Position numbers and translations under genes: made by a program. The notes under the pieces are model-generated. The model was given only the letters and a program-made list of their open reading frames with translations, searched no databases and was not told the DNA's origin. A stretch of 64,000 bases of DNA, from positions 64,001-128,000 of IMG/VR virus record IMGVR_UViG_3300043446_004500. One strand, given 5' to 3'. Source of the DNA: a virus. This document shows, piece by piece, positions 56,401 through 64,000 of this stretch (position 1 is the first letter of the stretch; each line of letters opens with the position of its first letter).

Positions 56401-58916
56401 CTCGTATAAGAAATCAATATGTATATACGTCTACGGATGGAGCAACCTGGGTAAAACAAACTATAGGAGGATCATCAAATCTTTCTCAATCGGGTAGATA
56501 TTTTAGAAAAATTAGATTTTTAAATGGAAATTTTTATCTTTTGACAAATAAAGACTCTTCCGATGCAAAAATTTATAGAAGTTCTGATGGACTCTCTTGG
56601 ACTGAGGTGTTTAGTTATAACAATACTGCGACTTATTATTTAAATGATATTAGTTATGATGGAAACGTTTATATTGCCGTAGGAGGAGGATCCAGTTCTA
56701 ATTCTGGATTAATTGTAAGAAGTATTGATGGAATTAATTGGAATATTGTCGCACAAGTTTCAAACATATATGAATCATTTAATCACGTTAAGTCTGATGG
56801 AAGTTTGATCATTGCACAAACATCTTCTGGAAATGTATTAATACCTTATTATACAAGTAGTGATGGTGGTATTTCTTGGATAAGAAGAACTAGTCAAATA
56901 TCAGATCTTTATTCTACACGACTTTGTGGACCCATAATTTTTGATGGAACTAGATTTATATCTATGGGTGGTAGTCCTACACATTCATTTATTTGTAAAA
57001 CTACCATTAATGGAACAAGTTGGGACTTTACTGGACAATCTGTAAGATACAAACTTAGCAGTAGTACTTCTCTGTATTCTCCATTAGATAGTTTAAATAG
57101 AAGTTTTAGTATTGCGGTCAACAATCTCAATACAGGAACAGTATCTACCAGTTTAATTGAAGGAAATTATTATAGAATCAGATCTGGAATGTATGATTAT
57201 CAAATTAATACAAAAACCTCTGATGGTTCTTTTGCAGCATCAACTTCAATTTATACAGGTTCATCCGATTTAGTTTGGTCTTCTATTAATTCAACTTCTG
57301 TAGTATCCACTTCAGGTTCCGGATTTACTAATATAACTGCACTAAATGGAACTACTACAGTATCCCCAAGACAAACAACTGATTATTCTATAACTGTACA
57401 AAATTCTTCTGGAGTAAAGGCAACAGCATCAACTACTATCTTTATTGCTGGTACAACACCATCCCCTACACCTACACCATCCCCTACACCTACACCTACG
57501 GTAGTACTAAGTTCAAATACAACATCAATAGAAAGAGGTGGTTCTGTCACATTAACTTGGTCTTCTGCTAATTCAACATCTATAAGTTCATACACTGGAT
57601 TTGGATTTATTCCAACGTCAACTTCTGGTTCAGTGACTGTAAACAATATTACGCAAAATACGTCTTATAGTATTACAGTAACTGGACCAGGTGGAACAGT
57701 AACATCTAATACTATTTCTGTAGCAATTAAAGCACCAACAATTACTTTAAGTGCCAGTCCAACAACAGTTAATTATAATGGATCAACAACATTAACTTGG
57801 TCCTCCACTAATGCAACATCGGTAGATTCTTCAAACTTTGGCGCTTCATCGGTCGGGGGAAGTTTAACATTATCCAATTTAACTACTACAACTTCATCAT
57901 TTTCTGCTCAAACTTATTCTATAACAGTAAGAGGTCCAGGAGGAACTGCAACTGCTTCTGTAGATGTAAATATTTTACCCCCACCTCCTTCGGTAACACT
58001 TACCGCATCTCAAACTTCAATTCCTTATAATGGATCTGTCACTTTAACTTGGACTGCTTCTAGAGGAATTAGTGGAACTTCAAACTTTACATCAATTGGT
58101 TTATCAAATTTAAATGGAGGATCTGTAACTCTAAACAATTTAACAACCAGTAAAAATTATTATGTCACAATTTATGGAATTGGAGGACAATCCACAACTG
58201 CATCAGTGGACATAACAGTTTTACCACAACCACCAACAGTAAATCTTTGTGCTACAAATGGTGGCGATGGATTAATGGCACAATCAACAACTTGCACCTC
58301 CACAAAAACTGTCGGATATGCTGCTCAAGTTAGTTTGTCATGGACTTCAACAAATGCAACTTCTGTAGTGTCAACATCAGGAAAATCATTTACCGGAATA
58401 ACAGCAGTAAATGGAGGATTTTCTCTCCCATATTCATATACAAGTGAAGAAACATATTCAATTACTGTTTCTGGACCTGGAGGAACTGCTACTGATTCTA
58501 TAAAGATCACTCCTACAGCATGTACTCCAAATACAGGAAATAATACTTTCTCCAATTATAAATTAGGAACAGTAATTTATAATAATGGATCTAAAGATAC
58601 TCTAGCAATATATCATACTTCATCTACATCATATGCCATTTCCACTAAACTCACAAATAAACCAACCTTTACCTTTGACCAGGTTCAAACCTATATCTCA
58701 AATTATTATCGTAACAATTTAGGAAGACCTGTTGATATTAATGATCTTTCAAATTGGGTCACATTCTTCAATACAAGTTCTTATACATCTTTATCACAAT
58801 TAGATGCTGACATTTTAAATAATTATAATAATGTAACTAAAGAAGCACAAAAAGTTTCTGCAAGTGGAGGAAGAAAAGGAGTTTATGATACTTGTGATAA
58901 TATTTGGACTCTATAA
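53487..58916 (+). CDS. tail-fibre/adhesin-like protein with Ig-like repeats and Asp-box propeller (1809 aa)
   Basis: PDxFxF repeats, PTVxL..G.SVTLTWxS repeats, SxDGxxW Asp-boxes, PT linker. Confidence 0.75.
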   Translation: MSPLLGAIGGISEYNYRGNFDDWPNPFIFGNLVNVEPGSTVGVSTVITGINYKSIVTTSPGSQVSVRNIIGITSIYSGDSNTPSSTATVSIAKSTTELAVGKNIRILNTSDSTYNGVFVVSSVIDSPYVTRFTYELPGIASTARPGISTAEFNYEVYPFSESGLTYIRNDQILEVSLSTTSGNNVDFDKQYRTTVKVGKRTSDWSVRTRSKDSTPDPFFFSNLIDLNVGIATTSNSITLAGLEPGIPSFAFISSGIGSFSVNGSVGVTTANVNNGDIIFMNEVTSQNYLSTKTSFITVGTYTTSFSVTTRAADRTLNQFAFNTLVNVPINQDQVSITTSLTGADNNIPLSASVSSPGQLQVNSDNYISGSTEVFNGDNVKLKILGSTIKEYGTTYSTSLSISGVSSSFFVTTRPRPIKTFPDQFTFTDILNASPNSTVESSLVTLSGMTVGVADTGLATITGGAEFRVYRNGSLIRDYNSSSFPVKNSDQIQLRTISAGEGSRIQPKLTVSGVDTRQVISGVEGSTSDTWDVISRFLSCKVNQTTFNAALSTVSNAKIRELKSTSFTVSGLDNGCDTIITTSNPDSYIRNQNGTQVTYSQPLDIKNGDVITIYMTASAAYNTNKSTTIECKRRNGSDLVSGTWTIRTQVEDRLPDPFDLIFRSLNDITPCTYRSTFVTESLSGLSEETIVPASVTSTNGTAQISKNGGIFGTSIDGGVKNGDRIDIRLKSNCEYGGSCESATVTVGERSEDWVLCPEKISLPTVNLQANSTSINYDGSVTLTWTSTFAASVRSSSGTGFVGVGSTQGTITINNLKANTTYSITVENSKGYATSSVDIVVAPEPSPTVTLKNIDKTTIAPIYTGVKEGIYANGQYIFIGGYDPYIFDPYAYIPGKSYIFISNNGFSWEVISTNISDLLYDVSYSSGSTFVSVGSRGTIVKTTDNWKTITNHSIAFEGDFPSVTYGNGKFIAITRIRNQYVYTSTDGATWVKQTIGGSSNLSQSGRYFRKIRFLNGNFYLLTNKDSSDAKIYRSSDGLSWTEVFSYNNTATYYLNDISYDGNVYIAVGGGSSSNSGLIVRSIDGINWNIVAQVSNIYESFNHVKSDGSLIIAQTSSGNVLIPYYTSSDGGISWIRRTSQISDLYSTRLCGPIIFDGTRFISMGGSPTHSFICKTTINGTSWDFTGQSVRYKLSSSTSLYSPLDSLNRSFSIAVNNLNTGTVSTSLIEGNYYRIRSGMYDYQINTKTSDGSFAASTSIYTGSSDLVWSSINSTSVVSTSGSGFTNITALNGTTTVSPRQTTDYSITVQNSSGVKATASTTIFIAGTTPSPTPTPSPTPTPTVVLSSNTTSIERGGSVTLTWSSANSTSISSYTGFGFIPTSTSGSVTVNNITQNTSYSITVTGPGGTVTSNTISVAIKAPTITLSASPTTVNYNGSTTLTWSSTNATSVDSSNFGASSVGGSLTLSNLTTTTSSFSAQTYSITVRGPGGTATASVDVNILPPPPSVTLTASQTSIPYNGSVTLTWTASRGISGTSNFTSIGLSNLNGGSVTLNNLTTSKNYYVTIYGIGGQSTTASVDITVLPQPPTVNLCATNGGDGLMAQSTTCTSTKTVGYAAQVSLSWTSTNATSVVSTSGKSFTGITAVNGGFSLPYSYTSEETYSITVSGPGGTATDSIKITPTACTPNTGNNTFSNYKLGTVIYNNGSKDTLAIYHTSSTSYAISTKLTNKPTFTFDQVQTYISNYYRNNLGRPVDINDLSNWVTFFNTSSYTSLSQLDADILNNYNNVTKEAQKVSASGGRKGVYDTCDNIWTL

Positions 58917-58949
58917 ATAGTTAAAACTTAGGGTGGATAGGGAAACCCA

Positions 58950-59588
58950 ATGGCATCTATTAACAAAAATTTTGTAGTTAAGAATGGCATTGAAGTTGGA
59001 AGTAATTTAATATTTGGAAATAATTTAACTGGAAGAGTTGGAATAGGAACAACAAATCCAGTAGAAGATGTTGATTTATTTGGAACTACTGCAGTTGATG
59101 ATTTAATCATTTCCGGCACAGTAAGTGCTGGTAGTACCATAGGCAAATCAAATCAATATTTAAGGGCAACTGGAACTGGAGTAACTTGGACAGACTTTCC
59201 AAGTTTAAGAACTGGATTTACTACAACTGCTTTAGGAAATCAAACCACCTTCACATCAACTGGTTTTTCATATACACCAGGAATCATTGATGTTTATGTA
59301 AATGGAGCAAGATTGAGAGGAAATGGTTTATCAGATATTTCTGAATTTTCTGCTACAGATGGAAGCACAGTTACATTACAAAATCCTTGCTTTGGTGGAG
59401 AAACTGTAGATGTATTTGGATATTCAGGAATTAGTGCAGCACAAATGGATGGTGTTGCTGGAATCGTAACAGCAACTCAAGGTTTTATTAGTATTGCAAA
59501 TACTTCTCCTGTTCAAATTTTAGTTTCTGCCAATATATTAACATTTAATGTTGTTGGCATTGGAAGTACCTCTTTAACTTTATATTGA
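58950..59588 (+). CDS. tail-fibre-related structural protein
   Basis: KNFVVKNGIEV, VGIGTTNP, DVYVNG. Confidence 0.65.
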   Translation: MASINKNFVVKNGIEVGSNLIFGNNLTGRVGIGTTNPVEDVDLFGTTAVDDLIISGTVSAGSTIGKSNQYLRATGTGVTWTDFPSLRTGFTTTALGNQTTFTSTGFSYTPGIIDVYVNGARLRGNGLSDISEFSATDGSTVTLQNPCFGGETVDVFGYSGISAAQMDGVAGIVTATQGFISIANTSPVQILVSANILTFNVVGIGSTSLTLY

Positions 59589-59614
59589 TAAATAATTAAA
59601 AATCCTCAAGACAA

Positions 59615-59947
59615 ATGGCAGTTTCAGCAGTTAATATTGTCATAGAACAAGGCACTGATTATCAAGAAGTTTTTACTGTAAACAATCCAGATGGAACTCC
59701 ATTAGATCTTACGGGATACACTGGAGCAGCAAAAATTCGCAAGTTTCCAGAGTCAACAACATCTACTTCATTTAGTGTCGGTATTGTGTCTACTGCAGGA
59801 CAAGTTGTAGTTTCACTTGCAAATACAGTCACCGATGACTTAAAGGGTGGAAGATATTATTATGATATAATAATTACTTCTTCTGTTGGTAAAAAAACTA
59901 AAGTCGTTGATGGAATGGTGCTTGTAAATCCTAGTGAGTCAATCTAG
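59615..59947 (+). CDS. small Ig-like virion protein (BppU-like)
   Basis: IEQGTD, LDLTGYT, GRYYYDI. Confidence 0.65.
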   Translation: MAVSAVNIVIEQGTDYQEVFTVNNPDGTPLDLTGYTGAAKIRKFPESTTSTSFSVGIVSTAGQVVVSLANTVTDDLKGGRYYYDIIITSSVGKKTKVVDGMVLVNPSESI

Positions 59948-59959
59948 TGAGTCAATCTA

Positions 59960-62900
59960 ATGAGTTATAACGTAACAGTAGGATATACTCCTTCTCTCAA
60001 AGTTTCAAGAGAAGCAGCTGGTTTGCAAGGAACTCAGGGAACAACCGGTTCTCAAGGAATTGGTGGTTATATTGGTGCTGATGGATCTCAAGGAACTCAA
60101 GGAACTCAAGGGACTCAAGGGACCACAGGATCTCAAGGGGCTCAAGGATCTCAAGGAACTCAAGGAACCACAGGATCTCAAGGAACACAAGGAACCACAG
60201 GATCTCAAGGAACACAAGGAACCACAGGATCTCAAGGAACTCAGGGGACCACAGGATCTCAAGGAACTCAAGGGACTCAAGGAACACAAGGAACCACAGG
60301 ATCTCAAGGAACACAAGGAACCACAGGATCTCAAGGAACACAAGGAACCACAGGATCTCAAGGAACACAAGGAACCACAGGATCTCAAGGAACACAAGGA
60401 ACCACAGGATCTCAAGGAACTCAGGGGACCACAGGATCTCAAGGTATTCAAGGAACCACAGGAACCACAGGATCTCAAGGTATTCAAGGAACCACAGGAA
60501 CCACAGGATCTCAAGGTATTCAAGGAACCACAGGAACCACAGGATCTCAAGGTATTCAAGGAACCACAGGATCTCAAGGTATTCAAGGAACCACAGGATC
60601 TCAAGGTATTCAAGGAACCACAGGAACCACAGGAACCACAGGATCTCAAGGTGCTACGGGTTCTCAAGGTTCAACAGGTTCTCAAGGAACACAAGGTATT
60701 TACGGTCCAGTAGCAGGTTCTGCTAATCAAGTTGTTTACAAGGATGGATCTAATAATCCAGCTGGATCTGGTAATTTAACATTTGATGGAACTAATCTTT
60801 ATGTTGCAGGAAACATAACAGTTGGTGGAACATCTTCATATATTATATCTAATCAACTTAATGTTGCAGATAAAGATATAGTAGTTGGATACACTACTAA
60901 TGCTTTTGGTGTTGATGTTTCTACAGATACAACTGCAAATACTGGTGGTATTGCAGTTGCTTCTACCATAGGAACTCCACTAGTTAGCTTTAACTCTGGA
61001 GGAGAAATTACTCCAGATACTTATAAGCAACTAATGTGGTTTAAGGCTGGTACTTTTACTGGATTAAACACGGATGCCTGGGCATTCAACTATGCTCTTG
61101 GTATTGGAACTTTACAAATTCCAAATGGAGTAAGACTTGCTGTAGGTGGAATGCAAGTTACTGATTCAACAGTAAGCACTCCACAATTGAGTATTTCTGG
61201 TCTTTCTACTTTTGGAAATACCATTAAACTTAATGCTGGAATACTTGATTTTTATAGTAATGTAGGCACTGCAGGATCAATTTTAATTTCTACTGGTGCT
61301 GGAGTTTCTTGGACAACTCCTTATGCTGCCGGATTACAAGGTGTTCAAGGTACACAAGGTCTTCAGGGAACTCAAGGTACTCAAGGTTCAACAGGTTCTC
61401 AAGGAGCCACTGGAACTCAAGGTGCTACAGGTTCTCAAGGTGCTACAGGTTCTCAAGGAACTTTAGGTTCTCAAGGAGCCACTGGAACTCAAGGTGCTAC
61501 AGGTTCTCAGGGTGCTACAGGTTCTCAAGGAACTTTAGGTTCTCAAGGAGCCACTGGAACTCAAGGTGCTACAGGTTCTCAAGGAACTTTAGGTTCTCAA
61601 GGAGCCACTGGAACTCAAGGTGCTACAGGTTCTCAAGGTGCTACAGGTTCTCAAGGAACTTTAGGTTCTCAAGGAACTTTAGGTTCTCAAGGAACTTTAG
61701 GTTCTCAAGGAGCCACTGGATCTCAGGGTTCAACAGGTTCTCAAGGTTCAACAGGTGCTCAAGGAGCCACTGGATCTCAAGGTTCAACAGGTTCTCAAGG
61801 AACTTTAGGTTCTCAAGGAGCCACTGGATCTCAGGGTTCAACAGGTTCTCAAGGTTCAACAGGTGCTCAAGGAGCCACTGGATCTCAAGGTTCAACAGGT
61901 TCTCAAGGAACTTTAGGTTCTCAAGGAACTTTAGGTTCTCAGGGTTCAACAGGTTCTCAAGGAACCACTGGAACTCAAGGTACTCAAGGAACTCAAGGTA
62001 CAACAGGTCCAGTAGCAGGTTCTGCTAATCAAGTCGTTTATAAAGATTCATCTAATAATCCTGCAGGTTCTAATAATTTTACTTTTAATGGAACATCAGT
62101 TGGCATTGGTACTACAAATCCAACCTCAAAACTTTATGTTGTTGGTGATACTTATATTACTGGTATTTTAACTGCTAATAGAATTATAAGTTCTCTTTAT
62201 GGTGAATTTACTGGTGGATCTGTTTCTGGTTCAAGTATTGTAGGAACTTCACTTTCAATATCTGGAATTTCTACTTTAGGAACCGTTCAAATTTCTTCTG
62301 GAATCGTAACAGCAACTACTGGAGTTGTTACTTATTATGGAGATGGTTCTAAATTATCTGGAATTTCTGCAAGTGCAGTAGTTGATGGATTTAATACTGG
62401 AATTACAAGTTCAGTAAGAATTCTTCCATTATCTTATGAAACTACTGTATTTACATTTCCATCAACAGCAGGAAAACAATATGTGATTGAAAGTATTAAT
62501 GTTGCAAACGTAGATACATCTGTTGGTGTAGGAACAACAGTGAATATTATTGCATCAATTCAAGATTCAACTGCAGAGCAAACATACATTGCTTATAATG
62601 TTCCTGTTGTAAATGGTGGTTTGATTGAACTGTTAAAAAATCCAATGGTTGCTGGTCCAAGTGATGTTATTAAAATGTGGGCCACAAACTCAGGTTATGT
62701 TGGAGTAAATAGTTCAGTTGAAGTTTATATAAACTATAGTGAATATACAAGCACAAGATATATTAGAGATTATTCTTCTACAGTTTCAATTGCAACAACA
62801 GACTTAACAACGGTTTATACATCAACTACTTACCCAACAACAATTCAAAGTATTCACTTAACAAATAGAACAGATATTGGTGATTATCCAGTTTCTGTTA

Positions 62901-63076
62901 CCATTACAAATGGAACATCAACCACATATCTTGCAAGAGACTTAATTATACCAAGATATTCAACTGTTGATATTTTAGATCGTCCAAAGAGAGTTGAACT
63001 TAATGGAACTATTGGTATTAAAGTTGGACAGACATCAACAATTGATGTGATTATTGCCGGTAAGCAAATTGTTTAG
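59960..63076 (+). CDS. collagen-like tail fibre (Gly-X-Y, Ser/Thr/Gln-rich)
   Basis: Two long GXY blocks (GTQ/GTT/GSQ/GAT) plus a VGIGTTNP fibre motif. Confidence 0.85.
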   Translation: MSYNVTVGYTPSLKVSREAAGLQGTQGTTGSQGIGGYIGADGSQGTQGTQGTQGTTGSQGAQGSQGTQGTTGSQGTQGTTGSQGTQGTTGSQGTQGTTGSQGTQGTQGTQGTTGSQGTQGTTGSQGTQGTTGSQGTQGTTGSQGTQGTTGSQGTQGTTGSQGIQGTTGTTGSQGIQGTTGTTGSQGIQGTTGTTGSQGIQGTTGSQGIQGTTGSQGIQGTTGTTGTTGSQGATGSQGSTGSQGTQGIYGPVAGSANQVVYKDGSNNPAGSGNLTFDGTNLYVAGNITVGGTSSYIISNQLNVADKDIVVGYTTNAFGVDVSTDTTANTGGIAVASTIGTPLVSFNSGGEITPDTYKQLMWFKAGTFTGLNTDAWAFNYALGIGTLQIPNGVRLAVGGMQVTDSTVSTPQLSISGLSTFGNTIKLNAGILDFYSNVGTAGSILISTGAGVSWTTPYAAGLQGVQGTQGLQGTQGTQGSTGSQGATGTQGATGSQGATGSQGTLGSQGATGTQGATGSQGATGSQGTLGSQGATGTQGATGSQGTLGSQGATGTQGATGSQGATGSQGTLGSQGTLGSQGTLGSQGATGSQGSTGSQGSTGAQGATGSQGSTGSQGTLGSQGATGSQGSTGSQGSTGAQGATGSQGSTGSQGTLGSQGTLGSQGSTGSQGTTGTQGTQGTQGTTGPVAGSANQVVYKDSSNNPAGSNNFTFNGTSVGIGTTNPTSKLYVVGDTYITGILTANRIISSLYGEFTGGSVSGSSIVGTSLSISGISTLGTVQISSGIVTATTGVVTYYGDGSKLSGISASAVVDGFNTGITSSVRILPLSYETTVFTFPSTAGKQYVIESINVANVDTSVGVGTTVNIIASIQDSTAEQTYIAYNVPVVNGGLIELLKNPMVAGPSDVIKMWATNSGYVGVNSSVEVYINYSEYTSTRYIRDYSSTVSIATTDLTTVYTSTTYPTTIQSIHLTNRTDIGDYPVSVTITNGTSTTYLARDLIIPRYSTVDILDRPKRVELNGTIGIKVGQTSTIDVIIAGKQIV
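60020..60705 (+). repeat. 9/27/36-bp tandem repeats encoding collagen block 1
   Basis: GGAACACAA GGAACCACA GGATCTCAA units. Confidence 0.9.
61331..62008 (+). repeat. 9/18-bp tandem repeats encoding collagen block 2
   Basis: GGTTCTCAA GGAGCCACT / GGTGCTACA / GGAACTTTA units. Confidence 0.9.
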
Positions 63077-63154
63077 TGAGGTAATAAGAAATGAGTATTC
63101 GTGAAGATGTATTTGGATTACCACAATAAATACCTCAAACACACATAAAACATT

Positions 63155-63808
63155 ATGAGTCTAATGATTGCTCTCCCTTGTCATGGGGGAATTGTGAGTG
63201 AAAAAACAACAATGAGTTTATTCAATCTAGGCAAACTTCTTGCTAGAAATAATATTTCTCACGGACTTTTAACACAGGCAAATTCTTCTTTAATTACAAT
63301 TGGAAGATCTAAGTGTGTTAATTTTTTCTTGAATAATACAGAACACGAATATCTTCTTTTCTTAGACAGTGATATTGGTTTCAATCCAGAAGATGTATTA
63401 AAACTTTTATCTCATCAAGTTGATATTGTTTCTGGTGCTTATCCAATGAAAACGATACCTATTCGGTATTGCATTGATATACTGCAACCAGAAGAACGAA
63501 AAGGTGATTTAATTAAAATTGGTGGAAATGGAATGGGATTTGTTCTTATTCATCGCAATGTGTTTTTGAATATATCACAAAATTTTCCAGAACTTAAATA
63601 CATTCCACCAACAAATGATAGCAATTATTCACCAACACAAGCAGAGTTAAATAATTCATATCATTATTTTATGGAGCACAAAGAAAATAATTCCTTTATG
63701 AGTGAGGACAAAAGTTTCTTTTTCCGTGCTAAAATGTTAGGATATGATATATGGTTAGATACATCAATTAAATTGCAACACATTGGTTCACATATTTTTA
63801 CTGAGTAA
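63155..63808 (+). CDS. GT-A fold glycosyltransferase
   Basis: IALPCHGG, SLITIGR, LFLDSDI (DxD), GMGFVLI.R, SEDKSF, LQHIG. Confidence 0.8.
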   Translation: MSLMIALPCHGGIVSEKTTMSLFNLGKLLARNNISHGLLTQANSSLITIGRSKCVNFFLNNTEHEYLLFLDSDIGFNPEDVLKLLSHQVDIVSGAYPMKTIPIRYCIDILQPEERKGDLIKIGGNGMGFVLIHRNVFLNISQNFPELKYIPPTNDSNYSPTQAELNNSYHYFMEHKENNSFMSEDKSFFFRAKMLGYDIWLDTSIKLQHIGSHIFTE

Positions 63809-63811
63809 CTT

Positions 63812-64000
63812 ATGAAATCTGGAGCAAGTGAAAGTTCTTATCATTACCTTTCACAACACTATGTAATTCCCGAAGATGTAGAAGTATCACATCTTCCAGA
63901 AGTTCTTAAAAAATCAAATAAACCTTACAAGATTTTATGGGGTCAACACGCATATGACCAACCAGTCTTTGTAAATTTTAATCACAAAGATGTGACTCAT
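63812..64000 (+). CDS. 5' part of a probable glycosyltransferase (runs off window)
   Basis: MKSGASESS...KILWGQHAYDQP; open to end. Confidence 0.55.
   Translation, partial: MKSGASESSYHYLSQHYVIPEDVEVSHLPEVLKKSNKPYKILWGQHAYDQPVFVNFNHKDVTH

Noticed and set aside
59997-62028. Alternative-frame repetitive ORFs over the collagen blocks; possible CRISPR-like array
   Set aside because: By-products of 9-bp coding repeats; there are no unique spacers and no cas genes.
47784-63076. Diversity-generating retroelement or invertible cassette acting on tail fibres
   Set aside because: No reverse transcriptase, recombinase or template/variable repeat pair was seen by eye.
1-64000. Genome-wide TAG recoding suggested by the amber codon in the HNH gene
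   Set aside because: TAG terminates several normal genes (e.g. 59947, 63076), conserved genes are uninterrupted, and no suppressor tRNA is in the window.

Overview
AT-rich 64-kb segment of a large T4-like cyanomyovirus, probably a freshwater Synechococcus/Cyanobium phage (habitat and host are inference). In order it contains: (1) a glycosyltransferase/sugar-modification island (1-7279); (2) an auxiliary metabolic gene (AMG) block with a cyanobacterial porin, pstS, two hli genes and a peroxiredoxin; (3) a C39-like peptidase + GH24 lysozyme lysis pair; (4) psbA split by a 258-nt group I intron, followed by a free-standing, frameshifted GIY-YIG-like nuclease; (5) talC-zwf-gnd, glutaredoxin, speD, a glutamine riboswitch in front of a 28-aa peptide, thyX, an HNH nuclease, phoH, an exonuclease and gp33/gp59/gp32; (6) the baseplate/tail module (gp53, 48, 2, 4, 54, 26, 51, two tape-measure-like muralytic proteins, gp5-like) with cp12 embedded; (7) two tRNAs, a stop-interrupted HNH gene and a Mom-like gene; (8) giant tail-fibre genes, including a Pro-free Ser/Thr collagen, followed by more glycosyltransferases. 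The most striking unexplained signals are two in-frame canonical -1 frameshift heptamers. A_AAA_AAG would fuse the peptidase to the lysozyme, and T_TTT_TTC would fuse gp26 to gp51 just upstream of the tape-measure-like genes, resembling lambda G/GT. All calls come from motif recognition by eye; no database searches were run.
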